DNA of 64,000 nucleotides from an uncultured Muribaculaceae bacterium (lineage in GTDB: Bacteria > Bacillota_I > Bacilli_A > RF39 > UBA660), in assembly GCA_964481005.1 (NCBI GenBank), contig CAYZRY010000001.1, positions 6,446-70,445 of the forward strand, read 5' to 3'. Positions 1-8,224 of this stretch are shown here, in pieces (positions within the stretch are counted from its first letter, which is position 1; every line of letters begins with the position of its first letter). The notes under the pieces were generated by a model. The model had not been told where the DNA came from, did no database searches, and was given only the letters and a program-made list of their open reading frames with translations. A program made the translations under genes and the position numbers.

Positions 1-1
1 T

Positions 2-208
2 GGATTAAGCACCGAAGAATTTTATGTTTATTTGAATTATTTAGATGATTTAAAGGTTAATCACAAGATCCTTGAATCCTTTAGTGATTTATATTGTTAT
101 AGACCAAATAGTAATCCACATGAATATCTAGATGAGTTAGAAAAATTGGATGCTAGAGCGCACTATCCAGTATTTAAACATCGATATCAAAAAGCGAAAG
201 TGCTATAA
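2..208 (+). CDS. 3' end of an ORF truncated by the window edge (69 codons, ends TAA 206-208), product unknown
   Basis: Open frame from position 2 translating to ...LDELEKLDARAHYPVFKHRYQKAKVL*. No recognisable motif. Confidence 0.35.
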   Translation, partial: GLSTEEFYVYLNYLDDLKVNHKILESFSDLYCYRPNSNPHEYLDELEKLDARAHYPVFKHRYQKAKVL

Positions 209-231
209 TATATAAAGAAGGGACTGATTAT

Positions 232-762
232 ATGGTCAAGCTTCGTAAAATGCTCGGATCAGCGGATTCTCCGTACATTGTTTCATTGATGAAACTGATG
301 GAGACCCAAAGTAAAGAGACAGTTGCTAAATGGTGTTTAGATTACACCGAAGAAAATATTTTACCAATTTTTGAAAAGAGGTGTCCGAAAGATGAGCGAG
401 CGCGCCAAGCTATCGATGCCTCTAGGGATTGGTTTTTAGGTAAGAAAAAATTACCAGAAGTAAAAGATATTATTTTAAATAAGTGTCACCAAGCAGCAAG
501 AGAACTAGATAGTGATCCGGCAGCCCAGGCAGCAGCTAGAGCTTGCGGACAAGCGGCAGCATGTTTTCATACGCCAACTCATGCTTTGGGAATGGCTTTT
601 TATGGAGCGGCGGCCATTGCATATGATCAACATGGTCTTGAAGAATCGCCAGTTCTATATGATCGAATTGCCACAATTGAAGTCAGTAAAATGGAAGAAG
701 CCCTTCGTAAAATAGCTGTTCCAGATGAAGAAAACCCAGCAAAATTTAAATGGTTTTGCTAA
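232..762 (+). CDS. Hypothetical alpha-helical protein (176 aa), Ala/Gln-rich, noticeably GC-richer than its surroundings
   Basis: ORF in track. Segment ...AAQAAARACGQAAACFHTPTHALGMAFYGAAAIAY. Local GC about 40% against about 30% for the window. Confidence 0.55.
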   Translation: MVKLRKMLGSADSPYIVSLMKLMETQSKETVAKWCLDYTEENILPIFEKRCPKDERARQAIDASRDWFLGKKKLPEVKDIILNKCHQAARELDSDPAAQAAARACGQAAACFHTPTHALGMAFYGAAAIAYDQHGLEESPVLYDRIATIEVSKMEEALRKIAVPDEENPAKFKWFC

Positions 763-767
763 TTCAT

Positions 768-844
768 GCACCCATAGCTCAACTGGATAGAGTATTTGGC
801 TTCGAACCAAAAGGTTGGGGGTTCAATCCCCTCTGGGTGTACCA
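768..844 (+). tRNA. tRNA-Arg (anticodon TCG)
   Basis: Cloverleaf: acceptor GCACCCA/TGGGTGT. Anticodon stem TTTGG/CCAAA with loop CTTCGAA (U33, anticodon TCG, A37). T-arm GGGGG-TTCAATC-CCCTC, discriminator A, encoded CCA. Confidence 0.7.
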
Positions 845-851
845 AGAACAT

Positions 852-873
852 AAGCCTAACAAGGCTTTTTTTT
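852..873 (+). terminator. Rho-independent terminator after tRNA-Arg
   Basis: AAGCCT-aaca-AGGCTT hairpin followed by TTTTTTTT. Confidence 0.5.
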
Positions 874-957
874 GTGTAAAAATATGGTTAGTATCTACTT
901 TGATTGATAAATTAAAATTATATGTTTATAATGGTATTTATTGAAAGTAGAGGAAGT

Positions 958-1608
958 ATGGAAAAGAAAAAGTATCGTTACAGTTTAGCAGAAGAATTAA
1001 TCAGTTCGATATCACACGGGATTGGAGCTCTCTTTAGCATCGTTGCTTTAGTGCTGCTCATCATTAAAAGTGTTCAACTTGAAAGTGTCAGCGCTCTTTC
1101 ATCATCACTAGTCTATGGTTTTAGTTTGATTATTCTTTATTTGATGTCAACACTCTACCACAGTCTATCACCAAATCTAGTAGCTAAAAAAGTATTTCGC
1201 ATACTTGATCACTGTAGTATCTATCTATTAATTATTGGAACTTATACTCCGATACTTCTCTATGCTATGGGCGATAAAAGAGCATTAATACTATTTGTCA
1301 TCATGCTTGCTATCGGAATAACAGGTATTGTTTTAAATGCAATCAGTATTGAAAAGTTTAAAGTCTACAGCTTTATATCTTATTTATTACTTGGATGGAT
1401 TATCATTTTTTCACTACCAACTTTTTTAAAAGTTATCTCAAAAACTGCCATTACATACATTGTTTGGGGAGGATTAAGTTATACAGTTGGAGCCATTATT
1501 TATCTAATTGGCAAGAAGGTTAAATACATGCACTCAATCTGGCACTTTTTTGTTCTTACAGCAAGTGTCCTGCACTTTATAGCAATATATTTTTATATTC
1601 TAAAATAG
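958..1608 (+). CDS. Hemolysin III / PAQR family 7-TM membrane protein
   Basis: N-terminus MEKKKYRYSLAEELISSISHGIGALFSIV is typical HlyIII. Multiple TM segments. RBS GAGGAAG upstream of ATG 958; the track ORF starts further upstream at 922. Confidence 0.8.
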   Translation: MEKKKYRYSLAEELISSISHGIGALFSIVALVLLIIKSVQLESVSALSSSLVYGFSLIILYLMSTLYHSLSPNLVAKKVFRILDHCSIYLLIIGTYTPILLYAMGDKRALILFVIMLAIGITGIVLNAISIEKFKVYSFISYLLLGWIIIFSLPTFLKVISKTAITYIVWGGLSYTVGAIIYLIGKKVKYMHSIWHFFVLTASVLHFIAIYFYILK

Positions 1609-1631
1609 CGACAAATTATGTCGCTTTTTTT
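1608..1631 (+). terminator. Rho-independent terminator
   Basis: GCGACA-aattat-GTCGC followed by TTTTTTT. Confidence 0.6.
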
Positions 1632-1689
1632 AAAAAACTTATGATAGAGCTTATAGCTATGTTATATTTATAATATAGGTGGTGAATAT

Positions 1690-4323
1690 ATGAACTGGCA
1701 TGAAATGAGTAAAGAAGAGATTTTAGATAAATATAAAACTAGTGTTAGAAAAGGTCTTAGTGATAGTGAGGCTAAAAAGAGATTAACTAAGTATGGTTTC
1801 AATATATTACCTAAAGAAAAGAAAGATAGTATCTTTGTAATTTTCTTTAGGCAACTTATGGATCCAATCGTTTTACTACTTTTAGTAACAGTTATTTTTT
1901 CGCTTTTGATTAGAGAATACATCGATGCGATTGCAATAGCTTTTATTATTCTAGTTGATCTAGTTATGGGAACGCTTCAGGAGTGGAAGGCTGAGAAAAA
2001 TGCCGAAGCTCTTTCGAGTATTATCAAAGTAATGGTTAATGTCATCAGAGATGGCAGAGAAAGATTAATCGATTCATCACTACTTGTTCCTGGCGATATT
2101 GTTGAACTTTCTTCTGGGGTCAAAGTAAGTAGTGATATGCGTATTATCGAAGCACATAATCTCCAGATAAATGAATCGATCTTGACAGGAGAGAGTACTG
2201 CGACTGTTAAAAGTAGTGACGTATTAAAAGGCGATCATTCTATTGGTGATCGATACAACATGGCTTATTCTGGGACTTCAGTCATAACAGGAAGAGGTTT
2301 GGCAGTAGTCGTTGGAACTGGTACAAATACTGAGATTGGTAAGATTGCTGATCACATTATTTCTACTAAAGAAGCACCATCACCATTAACGGTAAGAATG
2401 AATAAATTCTCTAAACAGATTAGTTTGATGGTAGTCATTGTCGCAATCATTATAGCTATTGTTTTAGTAAGTAAAGATGTACCTAGAAATGAGATATTTT
2501 TATCGGTTATTGCTTTGTCGGTATCAGCTATGCCAGAAGGTCTTCCACTGGCATTAACGATGGCTCTTACTATCGCCTCAAACAGAATGGCGAAGAAAAA
2601 TGTCATTGTTAAAAAGCTCAGTGCAGTTGAGAGTTTGGGTAGTTGTACGGTTATTGCATCCGATAAAACAGGAACACTAACAGTAAATGAACAGACAGCT
2701 AAAAAGATAGTTTTACCAGATGATACGCTATTTAATGTAAGTGGAACTGGATATAATGATGCAGGTAAAGTTGAGGGGAAAGACCTTGGCTTGGCTGAAA
2801 AAATTGCTAAACTAGCGGCTCTTAATAACGAGGCACATTTAGATAAAATTGATGGTAAATGGATCAGTCATGGTGATTCGATTGATATTGCTTTTCTAGC
2901 TCTAGCGAAGAAGATGAAAATTGATTTAAGTAATGACATTATCGGTATTATTCCGTATGAGTCAGAAAATAAATATTCGGCAGTATTCTATCGTGATAAG
3001 AATAAAGTATACTGTAGTGTCAAAGGTTCACCAGAAGTCGTTTTAAAATTTTCTGAAACGATGGGAATTAAAAATGAAAAACTAAACATCAAAAAGATTG
3101 TCAAACAAAATGAAGACTTAGCAAAAGATGGTTATCGAGTAATTGCCATTGCTTCGGCCGAAGTAGCAAACTTCAAGGAAAAGGAAAACTATTCTCATAA
3201 AGATATTCCCAAGCTGAACTTCGATGGTTTAGTAGCTTTTATCGATCCGATAAGAAAAGAAGCAAAAAATGCTATTAGCGAATGTGCTAATGCTGGTATA
3301 AAAGTAGTAATGATAACAGGAGATCATCCGCTAACTGCCTATGCTATTGCTAAAGATTTAGAGCTTGTTAAAACTGAAGATGAAGTAGCTACTGGCAGTG
3401 ATGTTCAAAAATATTTTGATATGGGTGAAGCCGAATTTGATAAGTTTGTTGCAAGTAAGAGAATCTTTTCTCGTGTTAGTCCAACTGATAAATTAAATAT
3501 TGTTCAGTCATATAAAAGACAGGGAGAGTTTATTGCTGTTACTGGTGATGGAGTAAATGATGCTCCGGCTATCCGCAGTGCTAATATCGGTATTGCGATG
3601 GGAAGCGGAACAGATGTTGCTAAAGAAACAGCTCGTATGATTATTGTCGATGATAACTTTAACTCGATAGTAGCGGGTATCAAAGAGGGTAGAAATGCCT
3701 ACAGTAATATTCGTAAGGTTAGTTATATGCTACTATCTTGTGGTATGGCTGAGGTTTTCTTCTTTATCTTGTCACTACTTGCTAATATGGAATTGCCACT
3801 GGTTGCTATTCAGTTACTATGGTTAAATATCGTTACAGATGGATTACAAGACTTTGCTTTATCGTTTGAAAAAGCCGAACCAGATATTATGAAAAAACCA
3901 CCGATAAGTACCAAAGAAAATATTTTTAATAATGAACTTATCCGTGAAGTTGCAATAGCGGGTGGAGTAATAGGTATAGTTGTCTTTATAGTTTGGGTTT
4001 ATCTTATTAAAAATGTTGGAATGGAGGCCTATGTCGCTAGAGGTTACATCATGGCTCTAATGGTCTTTATGCAAAATGTCCATGTACTAAATTGCCGTAG
4101 TGAAGATCGTTCTGTCTTTAAAGTACCATTATCAACTAATAAATTAGTGGTTGTTACAATCATTAGTGCAATCGCACTGCAAGTAATTGTCATGGAAGTA
4201 CCATTCCTATCACAGTTTTTGAAAACTACAAGTATTCCATTTATTCATCTAGTATATCTCTTCTTAATATCATTAATTATTCTAGTAATAATGGAAATAT
4301 ATAAAAAATTAAAAAGAACTTAG
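1690..4323 (+). CDS. P-type cation-transporting ATPase (Ca2+/P2-type-like)
   Basis: DKTGTLT phosphorylation motif, TGDGVNDAPA hinge motif, about 10 TM segments, 877 aa. Confidence 0.9.
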   Translation: MNWHEMSKEEILDKYKTSVRKGLSDSEAKKRLTKYGFNILPKEKKDSIFVIFFRQLMDPIVLLLLVTVIFSLLIREYIDAIAIAFIILVDLVMGTLQEWKAEKNAEALSSIIKVMVNVIRDGRERLIDSSLLVPGDIVELSSGVKVSSDMRIIEAHNLQINESILTGESTATVKSSDVLKGDHSIGDRYNMAYSGTSVITGRGLAVVVGTGTNTEIGKIADHIISTKEAPSPLTVRMNKFSKQISLMVVIVAIIIAIVLVSKDVPRNEIFLSVIALSVSAMPEGLPLALTMALTIASNRMAKKNVIVKKLSAVESLGSCTVIASDKTGTLTVNEQTAKKIVLPDDTLFNVSGTGYNDAGKVEGKDLGLAEKIAKLAALNNEAHLDKIDGKWISHGDSIDIAFLALAKKMKIDLSNDIIGIIPYESENKYSAVFYRDKNKVYCSVKGSPEVVLKFSETMGIKNEKLNIKKIVKQNEDLAKDGYRVIAIASAEVANFKEKENYSHKDIPKLNFDGLVAFIDPIRKEAKNAISECANAGIKVVMITGDHPLTAYAIAKDLELVKTEDEVATGSDVQKYFDMGEAEFDKFVASKRIFSRVSPTDKLNIVQSYKRQGEFIAVTGDGVNDAPAIRSANIGIAMGSGTDVAKETARMIIVDDNFNSIVAGIKEGRNAYSNIRKVSYMLLSCGMAEVFFFILSLLANMELPLVAIQLLWLNIVTDGLQDFALSFEKAEPDIMKKPPISTKENIFNNELIREVAIAGGVIGIVVFIVWVYLIKNVGMEAYVARGYIMALMVFMQNVHVLNCRSEDRSVFKVPLSTNKLVVVTIISAIALQVIVMEVPFLSQFLKTTSIPFIHLVYLFLISLIILVIMEIYKKLKRT

Positions 4324-4334
4324 TTCTTTTTTTT
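4314..4334 (+). terminator. Rho-independent terminator
   Basis: AAGAAC-tta-GTTCTT followed by TTTTT, spanning the stop codon. Confidence 0.5.
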
Positions 4335-4382
4335 AGGAAAAAAATTATATATCGTCAATTATTACTTTAAGGAAGTGAATTG

Positions 4383-6449
4383 ATGCTTAGGAAATATCCG
4401 ACTGTCTTGCAGGAGGGAGCAAATGACTGTGGACCTTGTTGCTTGCTTATGATAATAAGGTCTTACGGTGGTGATTACTCACTTGAAAAACTGCGTGAAT
4501 TAACTAAAACAAATCTTGATGGAACAACAGCATTTCATTTGACATCGGCTGCCAATAGTTTAGGTTTTAGTGCTTGGACAGTAAAGGGAAGGATTAGTGA
4601 TTTAAAAAAGGAACTATTTCCGTGCATAGCTCATATCATAAATGACCAAGGATATTTACATTTCATTGTAATTAATCAAATCAAGGGAAAACACTTAATA
4701 GTTTCGGATCCAGCTATCGGTGTTAGAACAATGATGATCGAAGACTTTGAAAAGATAAGTACTGGTAATTTTATTTTGCTCAGTTTAGTTAAACATCTGC
4801 CTAAGATAAAAGAAAATAATTTTGTTAGTAATCAACTAAAAGATTTTATTTATAAGTACAGAAACTTATTCTTAAGTGTTTTAGTGATATCACTAATTTA
4901 TACTTCATTAAATATTTTTCTATCATATAGGCTTCAGCTATATATTGAAACTGTCATAAAGTTTTATTCTAAGAATAATCTTATCTTGATTAGTTTAATA
5001 GTGTTACTTGTATCGATAATAAAAATAATTAGTGATAGATTCAGATTTCAACTTATCAATTATCTTAAACATGAACTGGATGAAAAATTAATGATAGAAG
5101 CCTATGGGCAAATAATTAAGCTTCCTTATTTATACTATAAAAATAGAAGTAGTGGAGAAATAATTGCTCGCTTGCAAGACTTAGGTGAGATTAAAGAATC
5201 GATTAGTCGTATATTTGTTGGAGTATTGGTCGATTTACTTTTATCTGTTTTTGCTTTTGTAATGCTTAATAAAATTAGTTCAAAACTGACAGCAATAGTC
5301 TTAATCACAGCTATCATTTTAGTGTTAACAACTTTGATATTTAGACCACTTAGTAGTTATTATCTTAAAAGTAATAAAGAATTAAGTGCCAAATTAAACT
5401 CATATATGATTGAGTCAATTTCCAGTGTCGATACGGTCAAAGGTTTACACCTAGAAAGTTTGCTGGAAAATAACTTTTTCAAACAGTATAAAAAGCTCTT
5501 AAAAGAAAGCTATAAATTAAATAACTTGTATAGTTATGAGAATATGCTTAGAGAACTTGTTTATGATCTAGCTTTAGTTGTAATTATCTTTGTAGCAAGT
5601 CAGCTAATATTTAAAGGTTTATTAACTTTGCCTAAAATGATCACATATTTATCGTTATTGGTATATTTTTTAGAGCCGATTAAGAGTTTAATTGATATTA
5701 ACTTATCTGTTAAGGAATTAATGCTAACAAGCAGTAGACTCAATCATCTATTTGAAGTTAGTAAAGAAGAGTTAGATATTAAAAACAATTTGATAATTGA
5801 TAATTATGATATTGAGTTTAAGGATTTAAGTTATTCATATGACGGAAATAGAAATGTAATTGATAAGCTTAATTTAAAAATAAAAAGTGGTTCTAAAGTT
5901 TTTATTAGCGGAGAAAGTGGTAGTGGAAAAAGTACTTTGTTTAAACTCTTGATGGCTTATTTTAGTTACGAAGAAGGAAAAATATACATCGGTCAAAATG
6001 AAATTGCTAATTATGATTTAAGAGATCTCAGAGAAAATATTGTCTATGTCTCTCAAAGTGAGGTAATTTACAACGATACCCTATATAATAACGTGACACT
6101 GGGAAGAGTTGTGTCTTACGAAGAGTTTCTTAGCGTAGCAAAGATGACCGATACTTTAGATGTAGGTAAAGTTGCCGGGGCTAACTATAAAATCGAAGAA
6201 GCTGGTTTTAATTTAAGTGGGGGAGAGCGCCAGCGAATAATGTTAGCTAGAGCACTTTTGTCTAAGGCTAAAATATATATTTTTGATGAGAGCTTAAGTC
6301 AGTTAGATGTAGAAAGAGAAAGATTAATTTTAAAAAATATTTTTACCAATTACAAAGATTCAACTTTTATTGTCATTTCACATCGCAAAGTAAATGAAGA
6401 TTTATTTGATGAAAAGTATGTTTTGAAAGAGGGAAGATTACATGCTTGA
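4383..6449 (+). CDS. Bacteriocin/peptide ABC exporter with N-terminal C39 cysteine peptidase domain (processes double-glycine leaders)
   Basis: C39 motif QEGANDCGPCCLLMI (catalytic Cys) plus a downstream His region. TM domain. Walker A GESGSGKST, signature LSGGERQR, Walker B IYIFDES. RBS AGGAAG before ATG 4383. Confidence 0.9.
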   Translation: MLRKYPTVLQEGANDCGPCCLLMIIRSYGGDYSLEKLRELTKTNLDGTTAFHLTSAANSLGFSAWTVKGRISDLKKELFPCIAHIINDQGYLHFIVINQIKGKHLIVSDPAIGVRTMMIEDFEKISTGNFILLSLVKHLPKIKENNFVSNQLKDFIYKYRNLFLSVLVISLIYTSLNIFLSYRLQLYIETVIKFYSKNNLILISLIVLLVSIIKIISDRFRFQLINYLKHELDEKLMIEAYGQIIKLPYLYYKNRSSGEIIARLQDLGEIKESISRIFVGVLVDLLLSVFAFVMLNKISSKLTAIVLITAIILVLTTLIFRPLSSYYLKSNKELSAKLNSYMIESISSVDTVKGLHLESLLENNFFKQYKKLLKESYKLNNLYSYENMLRELVYDLALVVIIFVASQLIFKGLLTLPKMITYLSLLVYFLEPIKSLIDINLSVKELMLTSSRLNHLFEVSKEELDIKNNLIIDNYDIEFKDLSYSYDGNRNVIDKLNLKIKSGSKVFISGESGSGKSTLFKLLMAYFSYEEGKIYIGQNEIANYDLRDLRENIVYVSQSEVIYNDTLYNNVTLGRVVSYEEFLSVAKMTDTLDVGKVAGANYKIEEAGFNLSGGERQRIMLARALLSKAKIYIFDESLSQLDVERERLILKNIFTNYKDSTFIVISHRKVNEDLFDEKYVLKEGRLHA

Positions 6450-6855
6450 AATAATAGATTTTAAAGAAAGAATAAGCTGTAAAAAAATGTATTTAAAATA
6501 CATATTACTTGTATTTTTATTAGTTATGTCACTTTTTTATATAAATGAAAAATTTAAATATGATGATTATATTTTAGTAAATGGCGCATCATTTGGTGAA
6601 AAGAAAGTTGTAGCTATCATTCAAAGTAATAATTTGATTCTTTTTGAGAAGAATAATGAATTATATATTAAAAATGAAAAATTTGCTTACAGAATAAACA
6701 GTATCAAAAAAGATAAGATTATGATTGATGGTAATTATAACCAAGAAGTTATTATTGACTTAGATAAGCCAGTAAGTGATGAAGTATTTGAGCTCAAACT
6801 AATTACTTCATCAGAGCCATTTATAAATCATCTATTAAGAAAATTATGGAGGTAA
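6442..6855 (+). CDS. Small membrane-anchored protein (137 aa), possible minimal accessory or immunity factor of the exporter
   Basis: Start overlaps the ABC gene stop (ATGCTTGA). One N-terminal TM helix (YLKYILLVFLLVMSLFYI). No catalytic motif. Confidence 0.5.
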   Translation: MLEIIDFKERISCKKMYLKYILLVFLLVMSLFYINEKFKYDDYILVNGASFGEKKVVAIIQSNNLILFEKNNELYIKNEKFAYRINSIKKDKIMIDGNYNQEVIIDLDKPVSDEVFELKLITSSEPFINHLLRKLWR

Positions 6856-6856
6856 A

Positions 6857-7003
6857 GTGAAAGAGTTAAACGAAAGAGAAAGTATGGATATTATGGGTGG
6901 AGCAATGCCTTGGTGGATACCGCTTAGTATTGGTCTTGGACTACTTGCTGTCTTTGGCATCGGAGTTTGGTCAGGTTATACTCGTCCGATGAAGTGTCAT
7001 TAG
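6857..7003 (+). CDS. Double-glycine-leader bacteriocin-like precursor peptide 1 (48 aa)
   Basis: GTG start 1 nt after the upstream stop, with GGAGG 4 nt upstream. Translation MKELNERESMDIMGG|AMPWWIPLSIGLGLLAVFGIGVWSGYTRPMKCH. Leader fits L(-12) E(-8) I(-4) GG. Core is hydrophobic with GxxxG motifs. Too short for the ORF track. Confidence 0.7.
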   Translation: MKELNERESMDIMGGAMPWWIPLSIGLGLLAVFGIGVWSGYTRPMKCH

Positions 7004-7174
7004 ATGAAACACTTAAAAGTAGATGAGATGCTCCAAATTAGGGGCGGTGCAAAACTATCTGGGACATATATTAATGCCATTGTCGGAGCCGTTAAAATAG
7101 TCTTTGAAATAGGAAGAGCTTTCGGTTCATCGATAAGACGAAGCATCACGGGAACGCTATGTCAAACAAGGTAA
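7004..7174 (+). CDS. Double-glycine-leader bacteriocin-like precursor peptide 2 (56 aa)
   Basis: ATG immediately follows the TAG of peptide 1. Translation MKHLKVDEMLQIRGG|AKLSGTYINAIVGAVKIVFEIGRAFGSSIRRSITGTLCQTR. Leader has L(-12) E(-8) M(-7) I(-4) GG. Amphipathic cationic core with GxxxG. Confidence 0.7.
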   Translation: MKHLKVDEMLQIRGGAKLSGTYINAIVGAVKIVFEIGRAFGSSIRRSITGTLCQTR

Positions 7175-7293
7175 AGAGTGTTATCCTAAGCATTTTAATT
7201 CTACCTGGAATATCGTTAATCTTTACTGATCTAATTAAAAATAGTTTTATTCTCGGGGAGATACTTGGAACTATTTTACGAAGAGCTTTTTAG
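7159..7293 (+). CDS. Small hydrophobic protein (44 aa), candidate immunity protein
   Basis: Translation MSNKVKSVILSILILPGISLIFTDLIKNSFILGEILGTILRRAF. Overlaps the 3' end of peptide 2. Ends just before the terminator. Confidence 0.4.
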   Translation: MSNKVKSVILSILILPGISLIFTDLIKNSFILGEILGTILRRAF

Positions 7294-7320
7294 CAGCACA
7301 ATTGTGCTGCTTTACTTTTA
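7294..7320 (+). terminator. Rho-independent terminator closing the peptide operon
   Basis: GCAGCAC-aatt-GTGCTGC followed by a T-rich tract (tttacttttactttt). Confidence 0.6.
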
Positions 7321-7361
7321 CTTTTGATAATGATATATTAGACCCATGTTCGGAGGGTTTT

Positions 7362-8117
7362 ATGATTAAAAAAGTAGAGATCAATTACTGGAAGTTAAAA
7401 GAGTTGGTCGGTACAAGTCAAAACTATGATGAAGGATTCAATTGGCTTAGTTTTAAGTATGATGATGAATATTTAATCAAACTTGAAAAAAGCCTTTTTG
7501 GAAAAGATAAATTAATGAGTGAAGATGACTTTTCCAGATATTTAGCTTGGCGCAAGGAGCATTATCAAAGCAATCAGTTATTTGATTGCAATATTGTTCT
7601 CCAGCAGGAAGCGTTATCAAAATTACAAAACAAAGTTAAATTGACAACTTTTCCACAAGCGATTGTTTTTGTTGGACCAGCTCCATTTGGATTACTAGTT
7701 CCAAAATATGAAAACTATCAAACAATGGATAAACTAAAGTTATCATATGATGAAATGAAAAGTGCTTTCGATGCTGTTATCGATGCAAATGAAGAACTGC
7801 TTGAAAATCGTATCTATGCTAGTGAATCAGCTTATCCAGAAAATGTTGCTATCGATAGAAATAGTGGCGATGTGAAGTTAGTTGGACTTTATGGACCAAA
7901 CATTAAAACCAGTCTAATGCGCAGTAGTGGAAACGAAAACAAAGTATATGAACAAATGGTTGTAGCATACCAACTATTAAATCAGCAGTATGTAAGTAAT
8001 CCAATGGAATTTGCTAAAGAAATGGATAATACTAATCTTTATCGTATTACTGCCAAGACATTTGGCGAGAGTTTAAATCAAATAGATGTCGCTGTAAAAA
8101 AGATAGGAAGAAGATAA
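7362..8117 (+). CDS. Hypothetical protein (251 aa)
   Basis: Track ORF 7302-8117, but its first 60 nt lie inside the terminator hairpin. ATG 7362 (MIKKVEINY...) is preceded by GGAGGG. No recognisable motif. Confidence 0.55.
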   Translation: MIKKVEINYWKLKELVGTSQNYDEGFNWLSFKYDDEYLIKLEKSLFGKDKLMSEDDFSRYLAWRKEHYQSNQLFDCNIVLQQEALSKLQNKVKLTTFPQAIVFVGPAPFGLLVPKYENYQTMDKLKLSYDEMKSAFDAVIDANEELLENRIYASESAYPENVAIDRNSGDVKLVGLYGPNIKTSLMRSSGNENKVYEQMVVAYQLLNQQYVSNPMEFAKEMDNTNLYRITAKTFGESLNQIDVAVKKIGRR

Positions 8118-8140
8118 TTTTTCTATCTTTTTATTATTTG
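8098..8140 (+). terminator. Terminator-like hairpin
   Basis: AAAAGATAG...CTATCTTTT 9-bp stem with a long loop that includes the stop codon, then a T-rich tract. Confidence 0.3.
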
Positions 8141-8165
8141 TATCAATAGCTAGGGCTATTTGTAA

Positions 8166-8194
8166 TTGCATAGATTATAATTTAATAGTATAAT
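8166..8194 (+). promoter_or_regulatory. Candidate sigma-A promoter upstream of ftsA
   Basis: TTGCAT, 17-nt spacer, TATAAT. Confidence 0.4.
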
Positions 8195-8224
8195 TAATTT
8201 AAATAATATAGGAGCTGATGCAAG

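Noticed and set aside
512-715. 67-aa ORF in an alternate frame inside the 232-762 gene
   Set aside because: It is fully nested in a longer ORF of better coding character, with no RBS.
750-944. 64-aa + strand ORF overlapping tRNA-Arg
   Set aside because: It translates through the tRNA and terminator. This is an artefact of six-frame translation.
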